Of a stretch of DNA of 64,000 nt, positions 30,063 to 45,000 are shown one piece after another; the stretch's first letter is position 1, and every line of letters begins with the position of its first letter. Source of the stretch: Auanema rhodensis (taxonomy: Eukaryota > Animalia > Nematoda); contig OZ059896.1 of assembly GCA_964057225.1 (NCBI GenBank), positions 12,028,001 to 12,092,000 on the forward strand, written 5' to 3'. The position numbers and the translations under genes are program-made. The notes under the pieces are model-generated. The model had not been told where the DNA came from, did no database searches, and worked only from the letters and a program-made list of their open reading frames with translations.

Positions 30063-33000
30063 TTTGATCATTAAAAAACATTTAAATTTCAATATTGTGA
30101 TGCTCAAAAACTGATACATTTAAATATTTTGTATTTTCTAAACCTTTTCACTACATCTTTTTCATTTAATTCCATATTTTAAACATTTTTATATTTCTAC
30201 CACGAATTCATAACTTCATTTTTTAAATTTTTGATCATTAAAAAACATTTAAATTTCAATATTGTGATGCTCAAAAACTGAAACAGTTGAATATTTTGTA
30301 TTTTCTAAACCATTTCACTCCATCTCTTTCATTTAATTCCATATTTTAAACAATTTTATATTTCTACCACGAATTCATAACTTCATTTTTTAAATTTTTG
30401 ATCATTAAAAAACATTTAAATTTCAATATTGTGATGCTCAAAAACTGAAACAGTTGAATATTTTGTATTTTCTAAACCATTTTACTCCATCTATTTTATT
30501 TAATCCCATATTTTAAACAATTTTATATTTCTACCGCTATTTCATAATTTCATTTTTTAAATTTTTAATCATTAAAAAACATTTAAATTTCAATATTGTG
30601 ATGCTCAAAAACTGAAACAGTTGAATATTTTGTATTTTCGAAACCATTTTACTCCATCGCTTTTATTCAATCCCATATTTTAAACAATTTTATATTTCTA
30701 CCACGAATTCATAACTTCATTTTTTAAATTTTTAATCATTAAAAAACATTTAAATTTCAATATTGTGATGCTCAAAAACTGAAACAGTTGAATATTTTGT
30801 ATTTTCTAAACCATTTTACTCCATCGCTTTTATTTAATTCCATATTTTAAACAATTTTATACTTCTACCACGAATTCATAACTTCATTTTTTAAATTTTT
30901 AATCATTAAAAAACATTTAAATTTCAATATTGTGATGCTCAAAAACTGAAACATTTAAATATTTTGTATTTTCTAAACCATTTCACTCCATCTCTTTCAT
31001 TTAATTCCATATTTTAAACAATTTTATATTTCTACCGCTATTTCATAATTTCATTTTTTAAATTTTTAATCATTAAAAAACATTTAAATTTCAATATTGT
31101 GATGCTCAAAAACTGAAACATTTAAATATTTTGTATTTTCTAAACCATTTCACTCCATCTCTTTCATTTAATTCCATATTTTAAACAATTTTATATTTCT
31201 ACCACAAATTCATAACTTCATTTTTTAAATTTTTGATCATTAAAAAACATTTAAATTTCAATATTGTGATGCTCAAAAACTGAAACAGTTGAATATTTTG
31301 TAATTTCTAAACCATTTTACTCCATCGCTTTTATTTAATCCCATATTTTAAACAATTTTATATTTCTACCGCTATTTCATAATTTCATTTTTTAAATTTT
31401 TAATCATTAAAAAACATTTAAATTTCAATATTGTGATGCTCAAAAACTGAAACATTTAAATATTTTGTATTTTCTAAACCATTTCACTCCATCTCTTTCA
31501 TTTAATTCCATATTTTAAACAATTTTATATTTCTACCACGAATTCATAACTTCATTTTTTAAATTTTTGATCATTAAAAAACATTTAAATTTCAATATTG
31601 TGATGCTCAAAAACTGAAACAGTTGAATATTTTGTAATTTCTAAACCATTTTACTCCATCGCTTTTATTTAATCCCATATTTTAAACAATTTTATATTTC
31701 TACCGCTATTTCATAATTTCATTTTTTAAATTTTTAATCATTAAAAAACATTTAAATTTCAATATTGTGATGCTCAAAAACTGAAACATTTAAATATTTT
31801 GTATTTTCTAAACCATTTCACTCCATCTCTTTCATTTAATTCCATATTTTAAACAATTTTATATTTCTACCACGAATTCATAACTTCATTTTTTAAATTT
31901 TTGATCATTAAAAAACATTTAAATTTCAATATTGTGATGCTCAAAAACTGAAACAGTTGAATATTTTGTAATTTCTAAACCATTTTACTCCATCGCTTTT
32001 ATTTAATTCCATATTTTAAACAATTTTATATTTCTACCGCTATTTCATAATTTCATTTTTTAAATTTTTAATCATTAAAACATTTAAATTTCAATATTGT
32101 GATGCTCAAAAACTGAAACAGTTGAATATTTTGTATTTTCTAAACCATTTTACTCCATCTCTTTCATTTAATTCCATATTTTAAACAATTTTATATTTCT
32201 ACCACGAATTCATAACTTCATTTTTTAAATTTTTGATCATTAAAAAACATTTAAATTTCAATATTGTGATGCTCAAAAACTGAAACAGTTGAATATTTTG
32301 TAATTTCTAAACCATTTTACTCCATCGCTTTTATTTAATCCCATATTTTAAACAATTTTATATTTCTACCGCTATTTCATAATTTCATTTTTTAAATTTT
32401 TAATCATTAAAAAACATTTAAATTTCAATATTGTGATGCTCAAAAACTGAAACAGTTGAATATTTTGTATTTTCTAAACCATTTTACTCCACCTCTTTCA
32501 TTTAATTCCATATTTTAAACAATTTTATATTTCTACCACGAATTCATAACTTCATTTTTTAAATTTTTAATCATTAAAAAACATTTAAGTTTCAATATTG
32601 TGATGCTCAAAAACTGAAACATTTAAATATTTTGTATTTTCTAAACCATTTCACTCCATCTCTTTCATTTAATTCCATATTTTAAACAATTTTATATTTC
32701 TACCACGAATTCATAACTTCATTTTTTAAATTTTTGATCATTAAAAAACATTTAAATTTCAATATTGTGATGCTCAAAAACTGAAACATTTAAATATTTT
32801 GTATTTTCTAAACCATTTCACTCCATCTCTTTCATTTAATTCCATATCTTAAACAATTTTATATTTCTACCACGAAGTCATAACTTCATTTTTTAAATTT
32901 TTGATCATTAAAAAACATTTAAATTTCAATATTGTGATGCTCAAAAACTGAAACAGTTGAATATTTTGTATTTTCTAAACCATTTCACTCCATCTCTTTC

Positions 33001-36000
33001 ATTTAATTCCATATTTTAAACAATTTTATATTTCTACCACGAATTCATAACTTCATTTTTTAAATTTTTAATCATTAAAAAACATTTAAGTTTCAATATT
33101 GTGATGCTCAAAAACTGAAACATTTAAATATTTTGTATTTTCTAAACTATTTCACTCCATCTCTTTCATTTAATTCCATATTTTAAACAATTTTATATTT
33201 CTACCACGAATTCATAACTTCATTTTTTAAATTTTTGATCATTAAAAAACATTTAAATTTCAATATTGTGATGCTCAAAAACTGAAACATTTAAATATTT
33301 TGTATTTTCTAAACCATTTCACTCCATCTCTTTCATTTAATTCCATATCTTAAACAATTTTATATTTCTACCACGAAGTCATAACTTCATTTTTTAAATT
33401 TTTGATCATTAAAAAACATTTAAATTTCAATATTGTGATGCTCAAAAACTGAAACAGTTGAATATTTTGTATTTTCTAAACCATTTCACTCCATCTCTTT
33501 CATTTAATTCCATATTTTAAACAATTTTATATTTCTACCACGAATTCATAACTTCATTTTTTAAATTTTTGATCATTAAAAAACATTTAAATTTCAATAT
33601 TGTGATGCTCAAAAACTGAAACAGTTGAATATTTTGTATTTTCTAAACCATTTTACTCCATCTATTTTATTTAATCCCATATTTTAAACAATTTTATATT
33701 TCTACCGCTATTTCATAATTTCATTTTTTAAATTTTTAATCATTAAAAAACATTTAAGTTTCAATATTGTGATGCTCAAAAACTGAAACAGTTGAATATT
33801 TTGTATTTTCTAAACCATTTCACTCCATCTCTTTCATTTAATTACATATGTTAAACAATTTTATATTTCTACCACGAATTCATAACTTCATTTTTTGAAT
33901 TTTTGATCATTAAAAAACATTTAAATTTCAATATTGTGATGCTCAAAAACTAAAACAGTTGAATATTTTGTATTTTCTAAACCATTTTACTCCATCGCTT
34001 TTATTTAATTCCATATTTTAAACAATTTTATATTTCTACCACGAATTCATAATTTCACTTTTTAAATTTTTAATCATTAAAAAACATTTAAATTTCAATA
34101 TTGTGATGCTCAAAAACTGAAACAGTTGAATATTTTGTAAATTCTAAACCATTTTACTCCATCGCTTTTATTTAATCCCATATTTTAAACAATTTTATAT
34201 TTCTACCGCTATTTCATAATTTCATAATTTCATTTTTTAAATTTTTAATCATTAAAAAACATTTAAGTTTCAATATTGTGATGCTCAAAAACTGAAACAG
34301 TTGAATATTTTGTATTTTCTAAACCATTTTACTCCATATCTTTCATTTAATTCCATATTTTGAACAATTTTATATTTCTACCGCTATTTCATAATTTCAT
34401 TTTTTAAATTTTTAATCATTAAAAAACATTTAAATTTCAATATTGTGATGCTCAAAAACTGATACATTTAAATATTTTGTATTTTCTAAACCTTTTCACT
34501 CCATCTCTTTCATTTAATTCCATATTTTAAACATTTTTATATTTCTACCACGAATTCATAACTTCATTTTTTAAATTTTTGATCATTAAAAAACATTTAA
34601 ATTTCAATATTGTGATGCTCAAAAACTGAAACAGTTGAATATTTTGTAATTTCTAAACCATTTTACTCCATCGCTTTTATTTAATTCCATATTTTAAACA
34701 ATTTTATATTTCTACCGCTATTTCATAATTTCATTTTTTAAATTTTTAATCATTAAAACATTTAAATTTCAATATTGTGATGCTCAAAAACTGAAACAGT
34801 TGAATATTTTGTATTTTCTAAACCATTTTACTCCATATCTTTCATTTAATTCCATATTTTGAACAATTTTATATTTCTACCGCTATTTCATAATTTCATT
34901 TTTTAAATTTTTAATCATTAAAAAACATTTAAATTTCAATATTGTGATGCTCAAAAACTGATACATTTAAATATTTTGTATTTTCTAAACCTTTTCACTC
35001 CATCTCTTTCATTTAATTCCATATTTTAAACATTTTTATATTTCTACCACGAATTCATAACTTCATTTTTTAAATTTTTGATCATTAAAAAACATTTAAA
35101 TTTCAATATTGTGATGCTCAAAAACTGAAACAGTTGAATATTTTGTAATTTCTAAACCATTTTACTCCATCGCTTTTATTTAATTCCATATTTTAAACAA
35201 TTTTATATTTCTACCGCTATTTCATAATTTCATTTTTTAAATTTTTAATCATTAAAACATTTAAATTTCAATATTGTGATGCTCAAAAACTGAAACAGTT
35301 GAATATTTTGTATTTTCTAAACCATTTCACTCCATCTCTTTCATTTAATTACATATGTTAAACAATTTTATATTTCTACCACGAAGTCATAACTTCATTT
35401 TTTAAATTTTTGATCATTAAAAAACATTTAAATTTCAATATTGTGATGCTCAAAAACTGATACATTTAAATATTTTGTATTTTCTAAACCTTTTCACTAC
35501 ATCTTTTTCATTTAATTCCATATTTTAAACATTTTTATATTTCTACCACGAATTCATAACTTCATTTTTTAAATTTTTGATCATTAAAAAACATTTAAAT
35601 TTCAATATTGTGATGCTCAAAAACTGAAACAGTTGAATATTTTGTATTTTCTAAACCATTTCACTCCATCTCTTTCATTTAATTCCATATTTTAAACAAT
35701 TTTATATTTCTACCACGAATTCATAACTTCATTTTTTAAATTTTTGATCATTAAAAAACATTTAAATTTCAATATTGTGATGCTCAAAAACTGAAACAGT
35801 TGAATATTTTGTATTTTCTAAACCATTTTACTCCATCTATTTTATTTAATCCCATATTTTAAACAATTTTATATTTCTACCGCTATTTCATAATTTCATT
35901 TTTTAAATTTTTAATCATTAAAAAACATTTAAATTTCAATATTGTGATGCTCAAAAACTGAAACAGTTGAATATTTTGTATTTTCGAAACCATTTTACTC

Positions 36001-39000
36001 CATCGCTTTTATTCAATCCCATATTTTAAACAAATTTATATTTCTACCACGAATTCATAACTTCATTTTTTAAATTTTTAATCATTAAAAAACATTTAAA
36101 TTTCAATATTGTGATGCTCAAAAACTGAAACAGTTGAATATTTTGTATTTTCTAAACCATTTTACTCCATCGCTTTTATTTAATTCCATATTTTAAACAA
36201 TTTTATACTTCTACCACGGATTCATAACTTCATTTTTTAAATTTTTAATCATTAAAAAACATTTAAATTTCAATATTGTGATGCTCAAAAACTGAAACAT
36301 TTAAATATTTTGTATTTTCTAAACCATTTCACTCCATCTCTTTCATTTAATTCCATATTTTAAACAATTTTATATTTCTACCGCTATTTCATAATTTCAT
36401 TTTTTAAATTTTTAATCATTAAAAAACATTTAAATTTCAATATTGTGATGCTCAAAAACTGAAACATTTAAATATTTTGTATTTTCTAAACCATTTCACT
36501 CCATCTCTTTCATTTAATTCCATATTTTAAACAATTTTATATTTCTACCACAAATTCATAACTTCATTTTTTAAATTTTTGATCATTAAAAAACATTTAA
36601 ATTTCAATATTGTGATGCTCAAAAACTGAAACAGTTGAATATTTTGTAATTTCTAAACCATTTTACTCCATCGCTTTTATTTAATCCCATATTTTAAACA
36701 ATTTTATATTTCTACCGCTATTTCATAATTTCATTTTTTAAATTTTTAATCATTAAAAAACATTTAAATTTCAATATTGTGATGCTCAAAAACTGAAACA
36801 TTTAAATATTTTGTATTTTCTAAACCATTTCACTCCATCTCTTTCATTTAATTCCATATTTTAAACAATTTTATATTTCTACCACGAATTCATAACTTCA
36901 TTTTTTAAATTTTTGATCATTAAAAAACATTTAAATTTCAATATTGTGATGCTCAAAAACTGAAACAGTTGAATATTTTGTAATTTCTAAACCATTTTAC
37001 TCCATCGCTTTTATTTAATCCCATATTTTAAACAATTTTATATTTCTACCGCTATTTCATAATTTCATTTTTTAAATTTTTAATCATTAAAAAACATTTA
37101 AATTTCAATATTGTGATGCTCAAAAACTGAAACATTTAAATATTTTGTATTTTCTAAACCATTTCACTCCATCTCTTTCATTTAATTCCATATTTTAAAC
37201 AATTTTATATTTCTACCACGAATTCATAACTTCATTTTTTAAATTTTTGATCATTAAAAAACATTTAAATTTCAATATTGTGATGCTCAAAAACTGAAAC
37301 AGTTGAATATTTTGTAATTTCTAAACCATTTTACTCCATCGCTTTTATTTAATTCCAAATTTTAAACAATTTTATATTTCTACCGCTATTTCATAATTTC
37401 ATTTTTTAAATTTTTAATCATTAAAACATTTAAATTTCAATTATGTGATGCTCAAAAACTGAAACAGTTGAATATTTTGTATTTTCTAAACCATTTTACT
37501 CCATCTCTTTCATTTAATTCCATATTTTAAACAATTTTATATTTCTACCACGAATTCATAACTTCATTTTTTAAATTTTTGATCATTAAAAAACATTTAA
37601 ATTTCAATATTGTGATGCTCAAAAACTGAAACAGTTGAATATTTTGTAATTTCTAAACCATTTTACTCCATCGCTTTTATTTAATCCCATATTTTAAACA
37701 ATTTTATATTTCTACCGCTATTTCATAATTTCATTTTTTAAATTTTTAATCATTAAAAAACATTTAAATTTCAATATTGTGATGCTCAAAAACTGAAACA
37801 GTTGAATATTTTGTAATTTCTAAACCATTTCACTCCATCTCTTTCATTTAATTCCATATTTTAAACAATTTTAAATTTCTACCGCTATTTCATAATTTCA
37901 TTTTTTAAATTTTTAATCATTAAAAAACATTTAAATTTCAATATTGTGATGCTCAAAAACTGAAACAGTTGAATATTTTGTAATTTCTAAACCATTTTAC
38001 TCCATCTATTTTATTTAATCCCATATTTTAAACAATTTTATATTTCTACCGCTATTTCATAATTTCATTTTTTAAATTTTTAATCATTAAAAAACATTTA
38101 AATTTCAATATTGTGATGCTCAAAAACTGAAACATTTAAATATTTTGTATTTTCTAAACCATTTCACTCCATCTTTTTCATTTAATTCCATATTTTAAAC
38201 ATTTTTATATTTCTACCACGAATTCATAACTTCATTTTTTAAATTTTTGATCATTAAAAAACATTTAAATTTCAATATTGTGATGCTCAAAAACTGAAAC
38301 AGTTGAATATTTTGTATTTTCTAAACCATTTCACTCCATCTCTTTCATTTAATTCCATATTTTAAACAATTTTATATTTCTACCACGAATTCATAACTTC
38401 ATTTTTTAAATTTTTGATCATTAAAAAACATTTAAATTTCAATATTGTGATGCTCAAAAACTGAAACAGTTGAATATTTTGTAATTTCTAAACCATTTTA
38501 CTCCATCGCTTTTATTTAATCCCATATTTTAAACAATTTTATATTTCTACCGCTATTTCATAATTTCATTTTTTAAATTTTTAATCATTAAAAAACATTT
38601 AAATTTCAATATTGTGATGCTCAAAAACTGAAACAGTTGAATATTTTGTAATTTCTAAACCATTTCACTCCATCTCTTTCATTTAATTCCATATTTTAAA
38701 CAATTTTAAATTTCTACCGCTATTTCATAATTTCATTTTTTAAATTTTTAATCATTAAAAAACATTTAAATTTCAATATTGTGATGCTCAAAAACTGAAA
38801 CAGTTGAATATTTTGTAATTTCTAAACCATTTTACTCCATCTATTTTATTTAATCCCATATTTTAAACAATTTTATATTTCTACCGCTATTTCATAATTT
38901 CATTTTTTAAATTTTTAATCATTAAAAAACATTTAAATTTCAATATTGTGATGCTCAAAAACTGAAACATTTAAATATTTTGTATTTTCTAAACCATTTC

Positions 39001-42000
39001 ACTCCATCTTTTTCATTTAATTCCATATTTTAAACATTTTTATATTTCTACCACGAATTCATAACTTCATTTTTTAAATTTTTGATCATTAAAAAACATT
39101 TAAATTTCAATATTGTGATGCTCAAAAACTGAAACAGTTGAATATTTTGTATTTTCTAAACCATTTCACTCCATCTCTTTCATTTAATTCCATATTTTAA
39201 ACAATTTTATATTTCTACCACGAATTCATAACTTCATTTTTTAAATTTTTGATCATTAAAAAACATTTAAATTTCAATATTGTGATGCTCAAAAACTGAA
39301 ACAGTTGAATATTTTGTATTTTCTAAACCATTTTACTCCATCTATTTTATTTAATCCCATATTTTAAACAATTTTATATTTCTACCGCTATTTCATAATT
39401 TCATTTTTTAAATTTTTAATCATTAAAAAACATTTAAATTTCAATATTGTGATGCTCAAAAACTGAAACAGTTGAATATTTTGTATTTTCGAAACCATTT
39501 TACTCCATCGCTTTTATTCAATCCCATATTTTAAAGAATTTTATTATTCTACCACGAATTCATAACTTCATTTTTTAAATTTTTAATCATTAAAAAACAT
39601 TTAAATTTCAATATTGTGATGCTCAAAAACTGAAACAGTTGAATATTTTGTATTTTCTAAACCATTTTACTCCATCGCTTTTATTTAATTCCATATTTTA
39701 AACAATTTTATACTTCTACCACGAATTCATAACTTCATTTTTTAAATTTTTAATCATTAAAAAACATTTAAATTTCAATATTGTGATGCTCAAAAACTGA
39801 AACATTTAAATATTTTGTATTTTCTAAACCATTTCACTCCATCTCTTTCATTTAATTCCATATTTTAAACAATTTTATATTTCTACCGCTATTTCATAAT
39901 TTCATTTTTTAAATTTTTAATCATTAAAAAACATTTAAATTTCAATATTGTGATGCTCAAAAACTGAAACATTTAAATATTTTGTATTTTCTAAACCATT
40001 TCACTCCATCTCTTTCATTTAATTCCATATTTTAAACAATTTTATATTTCTACCACAAATTCATAACTTCATTTTTTAAATTTTTGATCATTAAAAAACA
40101 TTTAAATTTCAATATTGTGATGCTCAAAAACTGAAACAGTTGAATATTTTGTAATTTCTAAACCATTTTACTCCATCGCTTTTATTTAATCCCATATTTT
40201 AAACAATTTTATATTTCTACCGCTATTTCATAATTTCATTTTTTAAATTTTTAATCATTAAAAAACATTTAAATTTCAATATTGTGATGCTCAAAAACTG
40301 AAACATTTAAATATTTTGTATTTTCTAAACCATTTCACTCCATCTCTTTCATTTAATTCCATATTTTAAACAATTTTATATTTCTACCACGAATTCATAA
40401 CTTCATTTTTTAAATTTTTGATCATTAAAAAACATTTAAATTTCAATATTGTGATGCTCAAAAACTGAAACAGTTGAATATTTTGTAATTTCTAAACCAT
40501 TTTACTCCATCGCTTTTATTTAATCCCATATTTTAAACAATTTTATATTTCTACCGCTATTTCATAATTTCATTTTTTAAATTTTTAATCATTAAAAAAC
40601 ATTTAAATTTCAATATTGTGATGCTCAAAAACTGAAACAGTTGAATATTTTGTATTTTCTAAACCATTTTACTCCATCTCTTTCATTTAATTCCATATTT
40701 TAAACAATTTTATATTTCTACCACGAATTCATAACTTCATTTTTTAAATTTTTGATCATTAAAAAACATTTAAATTTCAATATTGTGATGCTCAAAAACT
40801 GAAACAGTTGAATATTTTGTAATTTCTAAACCATTTTACTCCATCGCTTTTATTTAATCCCATATTTTAAACAATTTTATATTTCTACCGCTATTTCATA
40901 ATTTCATTTTTTAAATTTTTAATCATTAAAAAACATTTAAATTTCAATATTGTGATGCTCAAAAACTGAAACAGTTGAATATTTTGTATTTTCTAAACCA
41001 TTTTACTCCATCTCTTTCATTTAATTCCATATTTTAAACAATTTTATATTTCTACCACGAATTCATAACTTCATTTTTTAAATTTTTAATCATTAAAAAA
41101 CATTTAAATTTCAATATTGTGATGCTCAAAAACTGAAACATTTAAATATTTTGTATTTTCTAAACCATTTCACTCCATCTCTTTCATTTAATTCCATATT
41201 TTAAACAATTTTATATTTCTACCGCTATTTCATAATTTCATTTTTTAAATTTTTAATCATTAAAAAACATTTAAATTTCAATATTGTGATGCTCAAAAAC
41301 TGAAACATTTAAATATTTTGTATTTTCTAAACCATTTCACTCCATCTCTTTCATTTAATTCCATATTTTAAACAATTTTATATTTCTACCACAAATTCAT
41401 AACTTCATTTTTTAAATTTTTGATCATTAAAAAACATTTAAATTTCAATATTGTGATGCTCAAAAACTGAAACAGTTGAATATTTTGTAATTTCTAAACC
41501 ATTTTACTCCATCGCTTTTATTTAATCCCATATTTTAAACAATTTTATATTTCTACCGCTATTTCATAATTTCATTTTTTAAATTTTTAATCATTAAAAA
41601 ACATTTAAATTTCAATATTGTGATGCTCAAAAACTGAAACATTTAAATATTTTGTATTTTCTAAACCATTTCACTCCATCTCTTTCATTTAATTCCATAT
41701 TTTAAACAATTTTATATTTCTACCACGAATTCATAACTTCATTTTTTAAATTTTTGATCATTAAAAAACATTTAAATTTCAATATTGTGATGCTCAAAAA
41801 CTGAAACAGTTGAATATTTTGTAATTTCTAAACCATTTTACTCCATCGCTTTTATTTAATCCCATATTTTAAACAATTTTATATTTCTACCGCTATTTCA
41901 TAATTTCATTTTTTAAATTTTTAATCATTAAAAAACATTTAAATTTCAATATTGTGATGCTCAAAAACTGAAACAGTTGAATATTTTGTATTTTCTAAAC

Positions 42001-45000
42001 CATTTTACTCCATCTCTTTCATTTAATTCCATATTTTAAACAATTTTATATTTCTACCACGAATTCATAACTTCATTTTTTAAATTTTTGATCATTAAAA
42101 AACATTTAAATTTCAATATTGTGATGCTCAAAAACTGAAACAGTTGAATATTTTGTAATTTCTAAACCATTTTACTCCATCGCTTTTATTTAATCCCATA
42201 TTTTAAACAATTTTATATTTCTACCGCTATTTCATAATTTCATTTTTTAAATTTTTAATCATTAAAAAACATTTAAATTTCAATATTGTGATGCTCAAAA
42301 ACTGAAACAGTTGAATATTTTGTATTTTCTAAACCATTTTACTCCATCTCTTTCATTTAATTCCATATTTTAAACAATTTTATATTTCTACCACGAATTC
42401 ATAACTTCATTTTTTAAATTTTTAATCATTAAAAAACATTTAAGTTTCAATATTGTGATGCTCAAAAACTGAAACATTTAAATATTTTGTATTTTCTAAA
42501 CCATTTCACTCCATCTCTTTCATTTAATTCCATATTTTAAACAATTTTATATTTCTACCACGAATTCATAACTTCATTTTTTAAATTTTTGATCATTAAA
42601 AAACATTTAAATTTCAATATTGTGATGCTCAAAAACTGAAACATTTAAATATTTTGTATTTTCTAAACCATTTCACTCCATCTCTTTCATTTAATTCCAT
42701 ATCTTAAACAATTTTATATTTCTACCACGAAGTCATAACTTCATTTTTTAAATTTTTGATCATTAAAAAACATTTAAATTTCAATATTGTGATGCTCAAA
42801 AACTGAAACAGTTGAATATTTTGTATTTTCTAAACCATTTCACTCCATCTCTTTCATTTAATTCCATATTTTAAACAATTTTATATTTCTACCACGAATT
42901 CATAACTTCATTTTTTAAATTTTTGATCATTAAAAAACATTTAAATTTCAATATTGTGATGCTCAAAAACTGAAACAGTTGAATATTTTGTATTTTCTAA
43001 ACCATTTTACTCCATCTATTTTATTTAATCCCATATTTTAAACAATTTTATATTTCTACCGCTATTTCATAATTTCATTTTTAAAATTTTTAATCATTAA
43101 AAAACATTTAAGTTTCAATATTGTGATGCTCAAAAACTGAAACAGTTGAATATTTTGTATTTTCTAAACCATTTCACTCCATCTCTTTCATTTAATTACA
43201 TATGTTAAACAATTTTATATTTCTACCACGAATTCATAACTTCATTTTTTGAATTTTTGATCATTAAAAAACATTTAAATTTCAATATTGTGATGCTCAA
43301 AAACTAAAACAGTTGAATATTTTGTATTTTCTAAACCATTTTACTCCATCGCTTTTATTTAATTCCATATTTTAAACAATTTTATATTTCTACCACGAAT
43401 TCATAATTTCACTTTTTAAATTTTTAATCATTAAAAAACATTTAAATTTCAATATTGTGATGCTCAAAAACTGAAACAGTTGAATATTTTGTAAATTCTA
43501 AACCATTTTACTCCATCGCTTTTATTTAATCCCATATTTTAAACAATTTTATATTTCTACCGCTATTTCATAATTTCATAATTTCATTTTTTAAATTTTT
43601 AATCATTAAAAAACATTTAAGTTTCAATATTGTGATGCTCAAAAACTGAAACAGTTGAATATTTTGTATTTTCTAAACCATTTTACTCCATATCTTTCAT
43701 TTAATTCCATATTTTGAACAATTTTATATTTCTACCGCTATTTCATAATTTCATTTTTTAAATTTTTAATCATTAAAAAACATTTAAGTTTCAATATTGT
43801 GATGCTCAAAAACTGAAACAGTTGAATATTTTGTATTTTCTAAACCTTTTCACTCCATCTCTTTCATTTAATTCCATATTTTAAACATTTTTATATTTCT
43901 ACCACGAATTCATAACTTCATTTTTTAAATTTTTGATCATTAAAAAACATTTAAATTTCAATATTGTGATGCTCAAAAACTGAAACAGTTGAATATTTTG
44001 TAATTTCTAAACCATTTTACTCCATCGCTTTTATTTAATTCCATATTTTAAACAATTTTATATTTCTACCGCTATTTCATAATTTCATTTTTTAAATTTT
44101 TAATCATTAAAACATTTAAATTTCAATATTGTGATGCTCAAAAACTGAAACAGTTGAATATTTTGTATTTTCTAAACCATTTTACTCCATATCTTTCATT
44201 TAATTCCATATTTTGAACAATTTTATATTTCTACCGCTATTTCATAATTTCATTTTTTAAATTTTTAATCATTAAAAAACATTTAAATTTCAATATTGTG
44301 ATGCTCAAAAACTGATACATTTAAATATTTTGTATTTTCTAAACCTTTTCACTCCATCTCTTTCATTTAATTCCATATTTTAAACATTTTTATATTTCTA
44401 CCACGAATTCATAACTTCATTTTTTAAATTTTTGATCATTAAAAAACATTTAAATTTCAATATTGTGATGCTCAAAAACTGAAACAGTTGAATATTTTGT
44501 AATTTCTAAACCATTTTACTCCATCGCTTTTATTTAATTCCATATTTTAAACAATTTTATATTTCTACCGCTATTTCATAATTTCATTTTTTAAATTTTT
44601 AATCATTAAAACATTTAAATTTCAATATTGTGATGCTCAAAAACTGAAACAGTTGAATATTTTGTATTTTCTAAACCATTTCACTCCATCTCTTTCATTT
44701 AATTACATATGTTAAACAATTTTATATTTCTACCACGAAGTCATAACTTCATTTTTTAAATTTTTGATCATTAAAAAACATTTAAATTTCAATATTGTGA
44801 TGCTCAAAAACTGATACATTTAAATATTTTGTATTTTCTAAACCTTTTCACTACATCTTTTTCATTTAATTCCATATTTTAAACATTTTTATATTTCTAC
44901 CACGAATTCATAACTTCATTTTTTAAATTTTTGATCATTAAAAAACATTTAAATTTCAATATTGTGATGCTCAAAAACTGAAACAGTTGAATATTTTGTA

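Noticed and set aside
33950-43304. 9354-bp satellite duplication offset resembling the BEL element length (~9.3 kb)
   Set aside because: It is simply 56 monomers; other offsets (10, 29-32, 39 monomers) differ and no mechanism links them.
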